This document shows positions 36,218 to 44,992 of a stretch of 64,000 bases of DNA, piece after piece. The translations under genes and the position numbers were made by a program. How positions within the stretch are numbered: the first letter of the stretch is position 1; the number at the start of each line of letters is the position of its first letter. Where the stretch lies: the IMG/VR virus record IMGVR_UViG_3300050821_002540, positions 1-64,000 of that record; one strand, 5' to 3'. The stretch comes from a virus. The notes beneath the pieces were generated by a model. The model did no database searches and was not told where the DNA came from. It worked only from the letters and a program-made list of their open reading frames with translations.

Positions 36218-36994
36218 ATGGTTAGGAGCATTACCAGGGGCATTGTCCCTGCAGCGTGTATCCTGCTGCTTGCGTTCCTCAGTACATTCGCCGGAGTCCC
36301 GGCCAACGCAGCAAGAATTAGCCCCCAGCCTGTAACTCAGCAGAGGGCACTACGACTCGACATCCAGCGCATCACGGCGGACATCACCGCCCCGGACATC
36401 ATAGCGGCAGCCGCATCACGGCTCCTTGACGTCCAGCGCAAGTCGGCTCGTGCAGTCTCGACGGCAGCGTACACCGCTGCCCAGCTTAGCGCGTTCCATG
36501 CCTTCCACATGGGGCACCTCGCCCACCTAGCTCACGAGCGCGCCCGCAGGACACTCCTGCTGACATCGGCAGCCCAGAGCTCAGATAGCGAGGGCAGCGG
36601 CGACAGTGATGGCACCCCGGCCCCGGTCGTCAAGGCCCCTCCCGTATCACACGGTGATGGGGACAGCGACAGCGACGACGGTAGTTCCGCCCCGGTACCC
36701 ACAAGTAGCGACAGTGCGAGCCATAGTGCCCCTGTCAGCAATAGTGGCGGAGGGTACACTGTAGGAAGCTCATTCCAGGCGTGCGTGATCCGGGCCGAGT
36801 CCGGTGGTAACCCGAATATCTGGAATGCTTCTGGCCACTGGGGCCTGTACCAGTTCAGCGCGAGTACCTGGGCAATGCACGGCGGTGACCCGTCCCTCTT
36901 CGGGAACGCCTCAGCAGCCTACCAGACCCAGATCTTCTGGAACACGGTCAAGGCTGACGGAACCTCAGACTGGGCGCCGTACGATGGCTGCTAA
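36218..36994 (+). CDS. Secreted Rpf-like lytic transglycosylase
   Basis: Signal peptide (ANA site), Ser/Asp linker, C-terminal CVIRAESGGN...GLYQF..STW...GG...ASAAYQ...W....C. Confidence 0.8.
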   Translation: MVRSITRGIVPAACILLLAFLSTFAGVPANAARISPQPVTQQRALRLDIQRITADITAPDIIAAAASRLLDVQRKSARAVSTAAYTAAQLSAFHAFHMGHLAHLAHERARRTLLLTSAAQSSDSEGSGDSDGTPAPVVKAPPVSHGDGDSDSDDGSSAPVPTSSDSASHSAPVSNSGGGYTVGSSFQACVIRAESGGNPNIWNASGHWGLYQFSASTWAMHGGDPSLFGNASAAYQTQIFWNTVKADGTSDWAPYDGC

Positions 36995-37865
36995 GACAAT
37001 TGCGCTAATCCTCGCGCCACTAGCAGTCATCGCTGGCCTGTTCCTGGCGCCAGCTACTTCCGCACTCGCCTCGCCTGTTGTTCCGGCCACTGTGTCTGCC
37101 ATCCTCCCGGCTCCGCACGGCCTACATGTAACCCATCTTAGTGTGGGCCGGGCCGATCTAGCCTGGGATGCAGTACCGGGTGCTCGGGTGTATGAGCTAC
37201 GCATCGAGGGTGCCACACAATATGACCATGTACTCAGGCCAGGGCAGCGGTCGGCCTATGCACTACTCAGGCCGGGTAGGTACTGGGCGAATGTACGGGC
37301 CGGTAGCTCGTCACGTGATGTTCACGGACACTGGTCCACAACAATTCACTTCACGATGCCTAGCGCCTGTTCACGAGCATGCCGTGCCGTACACTACGCA
37401 TATGACCAGATCGGATGCCCGTACGTGTACGGCGCGACTGGCCCGTGCGGCAATGGCTTCGACTGTTCCGGCCTGGTAATGTCTGCCTGGTATTACGCTG
37501 GCGTGTCCCTCCCCCGCACTACATGGAGTATGTGGGCTGGCCTCCAGCATATCTCGCGAAGTTCTCTCCAGCCTGGAGACCTAGTGTTTGGTAATGGCTT
37601 CGGCCATGTGATGATCTACGTAGGCAGCGGCTACGTCATCCAGGCGGAACATACCGGAACCAACATCATGAAGTCCTCCCTGTCGTACGTCGGCACCATA
37701 GATGGATATGCGAGGGTGTTATGCGGACATACATGGAAGACTGCAGAGACTGTGGTGGAGCAGGACTGCAGCCGGGGGCATCAGGAATGGTGCCATGCCA
37801 GACGTGCCACGGCGTACCCAGGCCGACGAAAGCCTAGCTTTCAGCCGCCCGGTAGGGTAGGCTAG
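36984..37865 (+). CDS. Secreted FN3 + NlpC/P60 peptidoglycan hydrolase; likely real end at TTA 37719-37721
   Basis: Signal peptide, FN3-like segment, PYVYG..GP..FDCSGL, LPRT, PGDLVF, HV.IYVG; domain ends GYARV. Confidence 0.85.
   Translation: MAAKTIALILAPLAVIAGLFLAPATSALASPVVPATVSAILPAPHGLHVTHLSVGRADLAWDAVPGARVYELRIEGATQYDHVLRPGQRSAYALLRPGRYWANVRAGSSSRDVHGHWSTTIHFTMPSACSRACRAVHYAYDQIGCPYVYGATGPCGNGFDCSGLVMSAWYYAGVSLPRTTWSMWAGLQHISRSSLQPGDLVFGNGFGHVMIYVGSGYVIQAEHTGTNIMKSSLSYVGTIDGYARVLCGHTWKTAETVVEQDCSRGHQEWCHARRATAYPGRRKPSFQPPGRVG
37721..37837 (+). CDS. Small DnaJ-type zinc-finger peptide (CRDCGGAG...CQTCHG)
   Basis: Manual translation; GAGGG RBS; ATG overlaps the upstream TTA. Confidence 0.6.
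   Translation: MRTYMEDCRDCGGAGLQPGASGMVPCQTCHGVPRPTKA
37835..37863 (+). promoter_or_regulatory. Promoter TAGCTT-N17-TAGGCT
   Basis: Repeated consensus. Confidence 0.75.
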
Positions 37866-37917
37866 AAGCCTAGGGTACGAAACGTCCAGTCGCCTAGATG
37901 GAACGGAGGTGAGTTGC

Positions 37918-38019
37918 ATGAACAAGGGAGGAACGCTTCACGCAGAGGCGCACGGCCCGTCGCACGGAGTCACGGAGTTCCCGTGGATCACTCTGGTCGA
38001 GGGCGAGCTGCCCAAGTAA
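37918..38019 (+). CDS. 33-aa peptide
   Basis: GGAGGTGA RBS directly after the promoter. Confidence 0.45.
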   Translation: MNKGGTLHAEAHGPSHGVTEFPWITLVEGELPK

Positions 38020-38349
38020 AGTAACAAACTGTCCGGCGCCATCAACTACAACCATAATTAAATACTGGGGTTCCAGGCGAGCCAGGACTGGATGTAAAAT
38101 ACAGTGGCTTAATACCGTGCCCCTTCAAAATTAAATAACCGGCGGCCGATCCTCAGTGAGTTAGAGGTGGATACACCGTTTCACCGGGAGTAGAACTGGA
38201 GAGCTACTCAGTCCGGAAGCAGAGTGAGGATGGACGGGCCACCCGCCGCCGTCGGGGCCAGGTAAAGCACTACCTGGCCCCCGGCCCCAGGGAGTGCGTG
38301 AGACTCCCTGGGGCCTAAGCCCCCAGGAGGAACAAAGCCTCCTGGGGGC
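38020..38349 (+). ncRNA. Putative structured non-coding RNA ending in three tandem hairpins
   Basis: No credible ORF; stems ATCCTCA/TGAGGAT and GAGTAG/CTACTC; three perfect 11-13 bp hairpins at 38254-38349. Confidence 0.4.
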
Positions 38350-38371
38350 CTCTCCATTTACAGGAGGAATC

Positions 38372-38560
38372 ATGATGACAAACGGTGCTCTCATTGAAGA
38401 GCTCAAGAAGCGTAATCCAATGGGTAACGCTCAGATCTTCATCAGGGGCTTTGATCCTGATGGCAACTCAGCCTACTTCGAGATAACAAATGTAAATGGG
38501 TTCATTGATGGCCCGGATACTGTCATTGAGGCAGGCGAGGTTATCTGCACCGGCCCCTAG
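38372..38560 (+). CDS. Small hypothetical protein
   Basis: AGGAGG RBS. Confidence 0.6.
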   Translation: MMTNGALIEELKKRNPMGNAQIFIRGFDPDGNSAYFEITNVNGFIDGPDTVIEAGEVICTGP

Positions 38561-38586
38561 CTTTGCACGGCTCGCGCGGGTAGGCT
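38558..38586 (+). promoter_or_regulatory. Promoter TAGCTT-N17-TAGGCT
   Basis: Repeated consensus. Confidence 0.75.
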
Positions 38587-38609
38587 AGTAGGAGCGCTAG
38601 GAGGCGAGA

Positions 38610-38873
38610 ATGAAGAAGTCAGAGCTGAAGAGGAAGCTTCGCCAGGTGCAATGGCAGCTCGAGGAACTACAAACCAGGAATCAGGTAGTGAAGAGGGCAG
38701 CACTCAGGGAGCGAATCATCCAGCTACTGAATGATGCCAAGCTCAATACCAACGACGAGACAAAGCTGTGCCAGCTTCAGTGCGAGATCGACAATCTTGC
38801 CGAGGGACGATGGGATGGCCCGGTACCGGCAGATCACCCGGACATAATGGGAGGCGAGAATGAAAGACAATGA
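38610..38873 (+). CDS. Coiled-coil hypothetical protein
   Basis: GGAGGCGAG RBS. Confidence 0.65.
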   Translation: MKKSELKRKLRQVQWQLEELQTRNQVVKRAALRERIIQLLNDAKLNTNDETKLCQLQCEIDNLAEGRWDGPVPADHPDIMGGENERQ

Positions 38874-39471
38874 TAGAGAGCCCAAGGTCGCAGAATGCGC
38901 CGACCAGCTCACACACAAGACTAATGCCATAGCCCACCTAATCGGTGAAGGCTATCAGTACAAGGATCGTGAATGGCTGACCGAGGCACTAGGCCTGATC
39001 CCAATACTAATCACAGACGCAAGAGAGCTCAGCGAGATGCTCGATGACGTCATCTACGGCGACATGCTGGAGGCGAAGAAAGTGAAGAACAAGCGCAAGA
39101 AGAGGACACGCAAGATGGAGGCAAGGCTCAGGGGATGCCTAGCAGTCATCGCGACGGGATCCACTGACAGGACCGAGAGGTACAGGCTCATAGCCGAGCT
39201 GGAAGACCTGGATGGCGACATTACGAATGGCACCAGTCACTGGAATGGTGTGCGCTTCGACTTCCCTCCGGACGACTGGGACCGCCAGGCCGACTGGTCC
39301 GCTACAATCAATGAGGCGACGGCTAGCCAGCTCGTAAACCTCACCGGTGAGTACATTGACACCTGCTCGGTATGTGGCATGGATGTTCCCGGCCCGCACC
39401 CACCAGTAGGCACTCCGCAAGCCAATACTCCGCACTACGTCGGCCCTCTTACAGTGAAGGACATCTTATAG
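38860..39471 (+). CDS. Hypothetical protein ending TTA TAG
   Basis: GGAGGCGAG RBS; last gene of the plus-strand arm. Confidence 0.65.
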   Translation: MKDNDREPKVAECADQLTHKTNAIAHLIGEGYQYKDREWLTEALGLIPILITDARELSEMLDDVIYGDMLEAKKVKNKRKKRTRKMEARLRGCLAVIATGSTDRTERYRLIAELEDLDGDITNGTSHWNGVRFDFPPDDWDRQADWSATINEATASQLVNLTGEYIDTCSVCGMDVPGPHPPVGTPQANTPHYVGPLTVKDIL

Positions 39472-39756
39472 GGCCGGGGCTGTAACCCCGAAGTAGTCGT
39501 CATCGATGGCGACAACGGCCCCGGTGCCCTGCCACTGACAAGTGACCAGCTGGGTATCGGGGCCTGCCCATCCCGTGGTATCAATGTCGTAATGGTATGC
39601 TCCGGGCCCATCATTAGTTGGTCCTACAATTGTATTGACTGAACCGGCTCCAGCCCGGTACTTGAATGTTATTGTTGTTGGGTTAGTCGGCACTCCAGCC
39701 GTGTTAACAAATGCGGCCGACGACCTAACCATTGAGCCGCTCGTGTACAGGTTCAT
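39466..39756 (-). CDS. Small Ig-like virion protein
   Basis: Beta-rich; G.YHYDIDTTG motif; last gene of the late operon. Confidence 0.65.
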   Translation of the reverse strand: MNLYTSGSMVRSSAAFVNTAGVPTNPTTITFKYRAGAGSVNTIVGPTNDGPGAYHYDIDTTGWAGPDTQLVTCQWQGTGAVVAIDDDYFGVTAPAL

Positions 39757-41726
39757 TCCGAGTTCCTTATCGTCACCGGGCTGATGTTCCTATTGCTGAC
39801 CGATACAGACGCAGATGAATTGCTCACTTCGACTGATCCTGCTAGTGACTGAGTTACCGTCACCTGTCCAGGGAACTGCGATGCCCCGAGTGTAAAGACA
39901 AATACGTCAGCCCCAGCTCCGCTATCCAGGAACGCCACCGGCATGCTGTATGTCAGCAGTTCAGTGCCTGAGCCACTATCAGACAGAACTACTGGGATGT
40001 TGAATAGCAGGGACTCGGTACTGACACCAGAGTCAGTCAGGGCAACCAGTGAGGACAGGCCAAGTACGTCTGTCCCAGCACCAGAGTCAGCTAGCAGTAC
40101 AGAGCTAGTGATCTTCAGGCTATCGGTGCCTGTGCCAGAGTCAGCTAGGACAATTGGTGTTACCGACAGTACTGAGAGTGTGTCAGTACCAGAGCCAGAG
40201 TCAGTGAGCGCAACTGGCTGGGCAGATACAATTGTAAGTACGTCAGTGCCAGTGCCGGAGTCCGCTAGCCCTGGGATCATGCCGAGCGCGTCGGTACCCG
40301 TTCCGGCGTCCGCGAACGGTACCCCCGCCAGGACGCCTAGAACGTCCGTAGCCGCGCCGGAATCCCCTAGGGAGGGGAGGATACCTAGCGCGTCCGTTCC
40401 CGTCCCTACGTCGCTTATAGAGACGCCTACGGCTACTGCGAAAACGTCCGTCCCCGCCCCGGTATCGGACATGGTGACCGGGGTAACACTGAGCACGGCC
40501 AGGCTGTCAGTACCAGTACCTGAGTCAGTGAGGCCAGGCATAACACCGAGCGTATCGGTACCAGCACCAGTATCCGTCAGGGCCGTCGGCTGGACAACAG
40601 CCAGCACATCTGTGCCAGCCCCAGAATCAGCTAGTGACACTACAGAGGTGACCGCAAATGTCTCTGTGCCAGAGCCAGAGTCGGTGAGCGGCGTCGGCTG
40701 AACAATCGCGAGGGCTTCTGTGCCTGACCCGGAGTCAGTAAGTGCTACTGGTGTGACTGACAGCACAGCCAGGGAGTCGGTGCCTGTACCCGAGTCTGTT
40801 AGCCCTGGCATGACGCCCAGGGCATCTGTCCCAGAACCAGAGTCCGTAAGCGCTGTCGGCTGGGTTATAGCCAGGACTTCTGTCCCGGTACCGGAGTCAG
40901 CTAGCGGTACTGTTGAGGTTACTGCCAGTGTCTCGGTACCGGATCCAGAGTCGGAAAGCTGTATCGCCGAGGAAGCAGCCGTTACCTGAACCGGAAGGAA
41001 CTGCTGGTGATGGAACTTTTCAGTCCATGTCCTACCAGGCATTACCTGCTGTGGCAACTGGATTGTTACAGGACCACTAGATAGCTTGAACGCTACAAGT
41101 AGCAGGCCCCATGTAGCGGCGCCAGAGATGGCCCATGACAGGGACTCAGTCCCACCCGTACTATTGCCATAGGCAGTAGCTAGCTGGGCAGCACTATTTG
41201 AACCTGAGTTCTTTAGTGGTGTGTATCCAGTCTCTGTATATGTAGTGGAGTAACCGGCATCACCAACAGAGGCAAGCAGGAACTCATTTGCTGCCGTAGA
41301 GCTGTATGCTGTACCGCCAGTTATGGTAGCCGGGGAGGCAGTACCAGTATTGTGTCCGGGAGACCCATCAAGCATTGACGTTGTATTACCAGCAAGCAGT
41401 CCTGACACTTCAAGCAGTACCGGGACCGACCCAAAGTTTGTCCCATTAGTGCAAGTTATTAGTGGTCCAGTTCCGACATCACCTGATGGGGTATCCATTG
41501 CCCAGATCGAGATACCGCCCTGAGCCGACTGGTAGGCAAGCAGCCCTACCTGCGTAAAGCTATTGAGCGCTGCATCCTTAACTGACGTTGGGGCGGTAGA
41601 GCTGCTTGAGTCCAGGGACACTATGGCAATAAGCTTGGACCCGGATGTAAGCGTGCCATATGTAGCCGTACAGTTTCCCGATCCCTGTACTGTACCCAGG
41701 ACAGACTGGAGGACCGTGTAGGCCAT
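39753..41726 (-). CDS. Virion-associated repeat protein with about 20 (L)xDSGxGT(D/E) repeats
   Basis: 16-20 aa repeats in the translation; Ser/Thr/Gly-rich. Confidence 0.75.
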   Translation of the reverse strand: MAYTVLQSVLGTVQGSGNCTATYGTLTSGSKLIAIVSLDSSSSTAPTSVKDAALNSFTQVGLLAYQSAQGGISIWAMDTPSGDVGTGPLITCTNGTNFGSVPVLLEVSGLLAGNTTSMLDGSPGHNTGTASPATITGGTAYSSTAANEFLLASVGDAGYSTTYTETGYTPLKNSGSNSAAQLATAYGNSTGGTESLSWAISGAATWGLLLVAFKLSSGPVTIQLPQQVMPGRTWTEKFHHQQFLPVQVTAASSAIQLSDSGSGTETLAVTSTVPLADSGTGTEVLAITQPTALTDSGSGTDALGVMPGLTDSGTGTDSLAVLSVTPVALTDSGSGTEALAIVQPTPLTDSGSGTETFAVTSVVSLADSGAGTDVLAVVQPTALTDTGAGTDTLGVMPGLTDSGTGTDSLAVLSVTPVTMSDTGAGTDVFAVAVGVSISDVGTGTDALGILPSLGDSGAATDVLGVLAGVPFADAGTGTDALGMIPGLADSGTGTDVLTIVSAQPVALTDSGSGTDTLSVLSVTPIVLADSGTGTDSLKITSSVLLADSGAGTDVLGLSSLVALTDSGVSTESLLFNIPVVLSDSGSGTELLTYSMPVAFLDSGAGADVFVFTLGASQFPGQVTVTQSLAGSVEVSNSSASVSVSNRNISPVTIRNSE

Positions 41727-41757
41727 CCACGGCCTCCCTCCCAGCTAGTGTATGGCG

Positions 41758-42078
41758 TCAGGTAAGGGGGCCGATGATAACCCGCTGACTCGCGGCATAC
41801 ACGTACGGGCCGGTGACCTGCGGGTACGTTCCGGGTGCCTGGCCAGTCATGTAGATCTGGTACAATGCATTAGCATCTGCGTACGCCGTAAAGAGTGCGT
41901 TGGCCGAGGGGACATCCATGTTGATTGGTGCTGCCTCCAGGTCGGTGGCAGAGTAGGCGATTAGCCACTGGTAGAACTGCTCGCACTGCGTAATAGCATC
42001 GCGGAGGGCCGCGAGCTTAGACTGTGCATTGTTGACTACATATGCTGACGTGATCCCAGCAGGGAACCCGATTGCCAT
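41758..42078 (-). CDS. Small late protein; distant paralog of 45365 gene
   Basis: M(A/S)(I/V)G...LRD... pattern. Confidence 0.65.
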   Translation of the reverse strand: MAIGFPAGITSAYVVNNAQSKLAALRDAITQCEQFYQWLIAYSATDLEAAPINMDVPSANALFTAYADANALYQIYMTGQAPGTYPQVTGPYVYAASQRVIIGPLT

Positions 42079-42090
42079 GACACTCTCCTG

Positions 42091-42681
42091 TCAGTTACAT
42101 CCGAAGACCATGAAGTTGGTGCACGTAATGGTCGGTGCGCCAGTAGTCAGCGACCATGATGAGAACAGCTCGACGTAGTAAGCTGACGTTGAGTTGAATG
42201 TCACCGGAGTCTGTGGGGCACCAAGCATGAACGACTGTGGTGATGCCGTAGCCGCGTTGTTGCCTGTACCCCACAGCAGGCTGCCGACACAGTTGAGCGT
42301 GGCGGAAGTGCTTACGCCGATGGTGGCGCACGTCACCATAAGCTCAAGTGCCCATGCACCGTTTGTTACCGATGCTGTCGGTGTAAAGGCACCAGTCTTC
42401 CCGAGTACCTGACCGGACTGGGTGCCTGCCGCGGCATCCAGGGAGGCAGAGATTGTCTGCGTCATGGCAGTTGATGAGGTAGTGAACCAGCCACCAGCCT
42501 TGATAAGCAGCGACCGGCCGATCCCAACGTTGGGGCCAAAGAAGTTACCCTGCAGCTGGTAGGCAGGCATTGTCGTTGTGTTCGGTGCAGTCATCACCGT
42601 GTTAGCTGCTGCAGTGACCGCCGTAGCGGCAGCCGGCATCGAGTACAGCAGCTCTGTCTGCGTACCTGTGAGGAAGCTCAT
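42091..42681 (-). CDS. Virion beta-rich protein; paralog of the 45706 C-terminal domain
   Basis: Shared W.xTTGAPTITC. Confidence 0.65.
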   Translation of the reverse strand: MSFLTGTQTELLYSMPAAATAVTAAANTVMTAPNTTTMPAYQLQGNFFGPNVGIGRSLLIKAGGWFTTSSTAMTQTISASLDAAAGTQSGQVLGKTGAFTPTASVTNGAWALELMVTCATIGVSTSATLNCVGSLLWGTGNNAATASPQSFMLGAPQTPVTFNSTSAYYVELFSSWSLTTGAPTITCTNFMVFGCN

Positions 42682-42682
42682 C

Positions 42683-43333
42683 TCACGCCCATGTAATCGT
42701 AACGGTTGCGTTCCAGGTCTGGGCCGAAGTCTTTGTGCCTGGGGTAGCGTTGCCGTGCTCGAAGAACACTGCGGTCGGGGTAACGGTGAGGGCAGCGGCT
42801 GTGCCGGCATCCACGCCAAACTCCTGGATGGCAACGTTGTTCGCGTCACCAGTCGGGAAGGTTGCCGAGAAGATGATGCCTGCAGCGCCAGTACCGCCGA
42901 CCGTCGGGGCGCCAGAAACTAGCTCCCAGTTGTGTACGGTAAGGGCACCGATAGCATTGAGTGCTGTGTCCGCATGAGTAACGGCAGTGGCGCTAGTCCC
43001 GAGTCCGATACGGCCAACGGTTGCCGAGAACTTTGTGACAGCGCTACCGGCGATGCCGTTCATCATCATAACCCAGCCGGTGTCTAGCACAAACTGGTTG
43101 CCCTCATGGATGTACGTCTCGAACGGAGGGACATGGTACTCATTGAACCAGAACTGGTCAGGCTCGTCCGCAGGATTGAAGATACGGTCCCATGATGCCC
43201 TCTTCCTGGTCCAGTCGATCTGATCTACATCCCACTTCTCAACCTGGAAGGTTGTGTGGTGTATGCCAGTCTCGCTAAATCCAGTCCCGGCCATAATGCC
43301 TAGGCTGTCGCGAGCTGTCCCGAAGTCTGTCAT
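42683..43333 (-). CDS. Minor tail or virion protein
   Basis: IGLGTSATA...DTAL...ATFPTGDAN...QEFG...GTKTS..TW pattern. Confidence 0.7.
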   Translation of the reverse strand: MTDFGTARDSLGIMAGTGFSETGIHHTTFQVEKWDVDQIDWTRKRASWDRIFNPADEPDQFWFNEYHVPPFETYIHEGNQFVLDTGWVMMMNGIAGSAVTKFSATVGRIGLGTSATAVTHADTALNAIGALTVHNWELVSGAPTVGGTGAAGIIFSATFPTGDANNVAIQEFGVDAGTAAALTVTPTAVFFEHGNATPGTKTSAQTWNATVTITWA

Positions 43334-43344
43334 GACTCTCCTTG

Positions 43345-44268
43345 TTAAACGGTGAACTTCTTGAATGTGCTGAACGGCGAGTTACCGGCCGACTGTGCCT
43401 GTACCCAGTAGGTGCCAGGGCCGGGAACCGGAATTGTCGCACTGTTGGTGTACACCACGACCGAGCCGCCGGGGATAATGGCACCTGGCTTGCCACCAGA
43501 GTCGGCGGCAACCATCACTCTGTAGTGAGGCGACTTGGTGTCGGTCAGATTGAACGTTACGCTGATCGGATGTACCGACACCGTAACAACGGGCACTGCG
43601 TACTGTCCAGACGGTGGCTTGACTACCGATGCCGGACGGGGCCACTGTCCAAAGTCAGGGTCGGTGACGGCGTTCTCACGGACATCGGTGTCCGAGCCGC
43701 CGATCGGTGCCGGGGCGTTGTTCTGGTACAGGACCGCACGGTGGTCGAGCAGGCCACCGGACCAGGCAATTGTCTGCCATGCCTTGGTGGCGAGCTTGGC
43801 ATCCATGACACGCTTAACGGTCCAGTACCCGCCGTACACGCCAACCTCATACGGGTACTTGAGGTTGTTGATTGCCTTGAAGTACTGACCGACCGGGCCG
43901 AGCTTGGCCATGGCGTTCGCCGGGGTGTCCGCAAGGGAGGGAGCATAGTCGGGCATGTCGTAGTCTACCGCAAAGTAGACTGCCATGCTCGGCGGGGCAT
44001 CCAGCTCGGCTAGCTGAGCCTTTGCCAGCTGTCCGTCGCTTGTTCCCTGAGAGGTGCCGTGCGCCGCCGCGTCCGGGGCATACTCGAATGACAGGAAGAT
44101 ACTAATTCCTGCCGCGAGGAGCGCCTTTGACTCTGGTGCTGACAGGTTCTTCCCGATAGAGCTGTACCCGGCTACCGAGTCCCAGCCGATGTACCTACCG
44201 ACAGCAGTCACCCCTGCCGAACGTAGCGTCTGGACTGACGGCCTCGCTACACTGTAGTCGATAATCAT
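43345..44268 (-). CDS. Endolysin, DUF1906 (Rv2525c-like) glycoside hydrolase
   Basis: IDYS...GRY...KNL...FE...YFAVDYD...GVYGG...WQT.AWS...LYQ...D.D; next to membrane genes. Confidence 0.85.
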   Translation of the reverse strand: MIIDYSVARPSVQTLRSAGVTAVGRYIGWDSVAGYSSIGKNLSAPESKALLAAGISIFLSFEYAPDAAAHGTSQGTSDGQLAKAQLAELDAPPSMAVYFAVDYDMPDYAPSLADTPANAMAKLGPVGQYFKAINNLKYPYEVGVYGGYWTVKRVMDAKLATKAWQTIAWSGGLLDHRAVLYQNNAPAPIGGSDTDVRENAVTDPDFGQWPRPASVVKPPSGQYAVPVVTVSVHPISVTFNLTDTKSPHYRVMVAADSGGKPGAIIPGGSVVVYTNSATIPVPGPGTYWVQAQSAGNSPFSTFKKFTV

Positions 44269-44270
44269 GA

Positions 44271-44708
44271 CTACCTCTCCTTTGGTATTTCAGTTGCGTC
44301 TGGGCCTAGTTCCGATACTATTGCCTTTGCGACTTTCATCCGCTCGGCAAGCTCAAGAGTGAGCCGGCTTATCTTTGCCCTTGCGGTATCCATAGCAGCT
44401 ACCGTTTCCGGTCGTGCTGGTGCCCCATCCCTCTCGTGAAGTGCTACCATTTCAGCCATGGTGCCGAGGGCTAGCTGCGTCCCTTCCAGGTCCGACTGTA
44501 GCGACTCGGTAAGGGTGTGGTTCACAAGATCATGAATAACCGTGAGCCTGCGATTGGTGTCATTTGCCTGGCCCCGGAGCCGCCTTACCTGCCACAGCCC
44601 GAGGACGGCCGTGATGAGAAGGATGATAGCAGTGATGATGCCAGTTGTAGCGGAGATCTCACCAGCACTAGTCGATTGCGCAGCGGCATCTATAATGTTC
44701 ACGGGCAC
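44271..44708 (-). CDS. Membrane protein (lysis cassette)
   Basis: N-terminal TM followed by IHDLVN. Confidence 0.65.
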   Translation of the reverse strand: MPVNIIDAAAQSTSAGEISATTGIITAIILLITAVLGLWQVRRLRGQANDTNRRLTVIHDLVNHTLTESLQSDLEGTQLALGTMAEMVALHERDGAPARPETVAAMDTARAKISRLTLELAERMKVAKAIVSELGPDATEIPKER

Positions 44709-44992
44709 TCCAGGTCATTGTACACGGAAGCTAGAGCTGCGTGTAGCTGCTGATCATACGCGCGAGCTGGATTTGTTGCTGGGTTTCCAGGAGGCGGCCT
44801 GAGTATTGCGATCTTATGGAATGACCCACAAATCCTCGCAACTTCCTGCTGGCTTGAGGCCCTCTGCTGGGACTGCTGCTGAGCGAACTGCTGCTTGAAC
44901 TGGCTTACCGAGTTGCGAGTTGACCATAGGTTGCCGATCCCTACAACCACCATGAGGGCAAGCAGTATTGAGATTATTACCTTTCCAATCAC
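44699..44992 (-). CDS. Membrane protein (lysis cassette)
   Basis: N-terminal TM; paired Cys; ends LECP. Confidence 0.65.
   Translation of the reverse strand: MIGKVIISILLALMVVVGIGNLWSTRNSVSQFKQQFAQQQSQQRASSQQEVARICGSFHKIAILRPPPGNPATNPARAYDQQLHAALASVYNDLECP

Noticed and set aside
16385-37721. TTATG junctions as isolated sequencing errors
   Set aside because: The same change at several junctions, plus no internal TTA, is unlikely to be random error; reads should still be checked.
38020-38250. tmRNA
   Set aside because: AAATAACCGGC resembles a resume context, but there is no ALAA-type tag and no tRNA-like ends.
39943-40701. Long antisense ORFs (also 1644-2540, 9260-9928, 43342-44013)
   Set aside because: They are shadows of well-supported genes on the opposite strand; avoidance of TTA on the sense strand removes antisense TAA stops.
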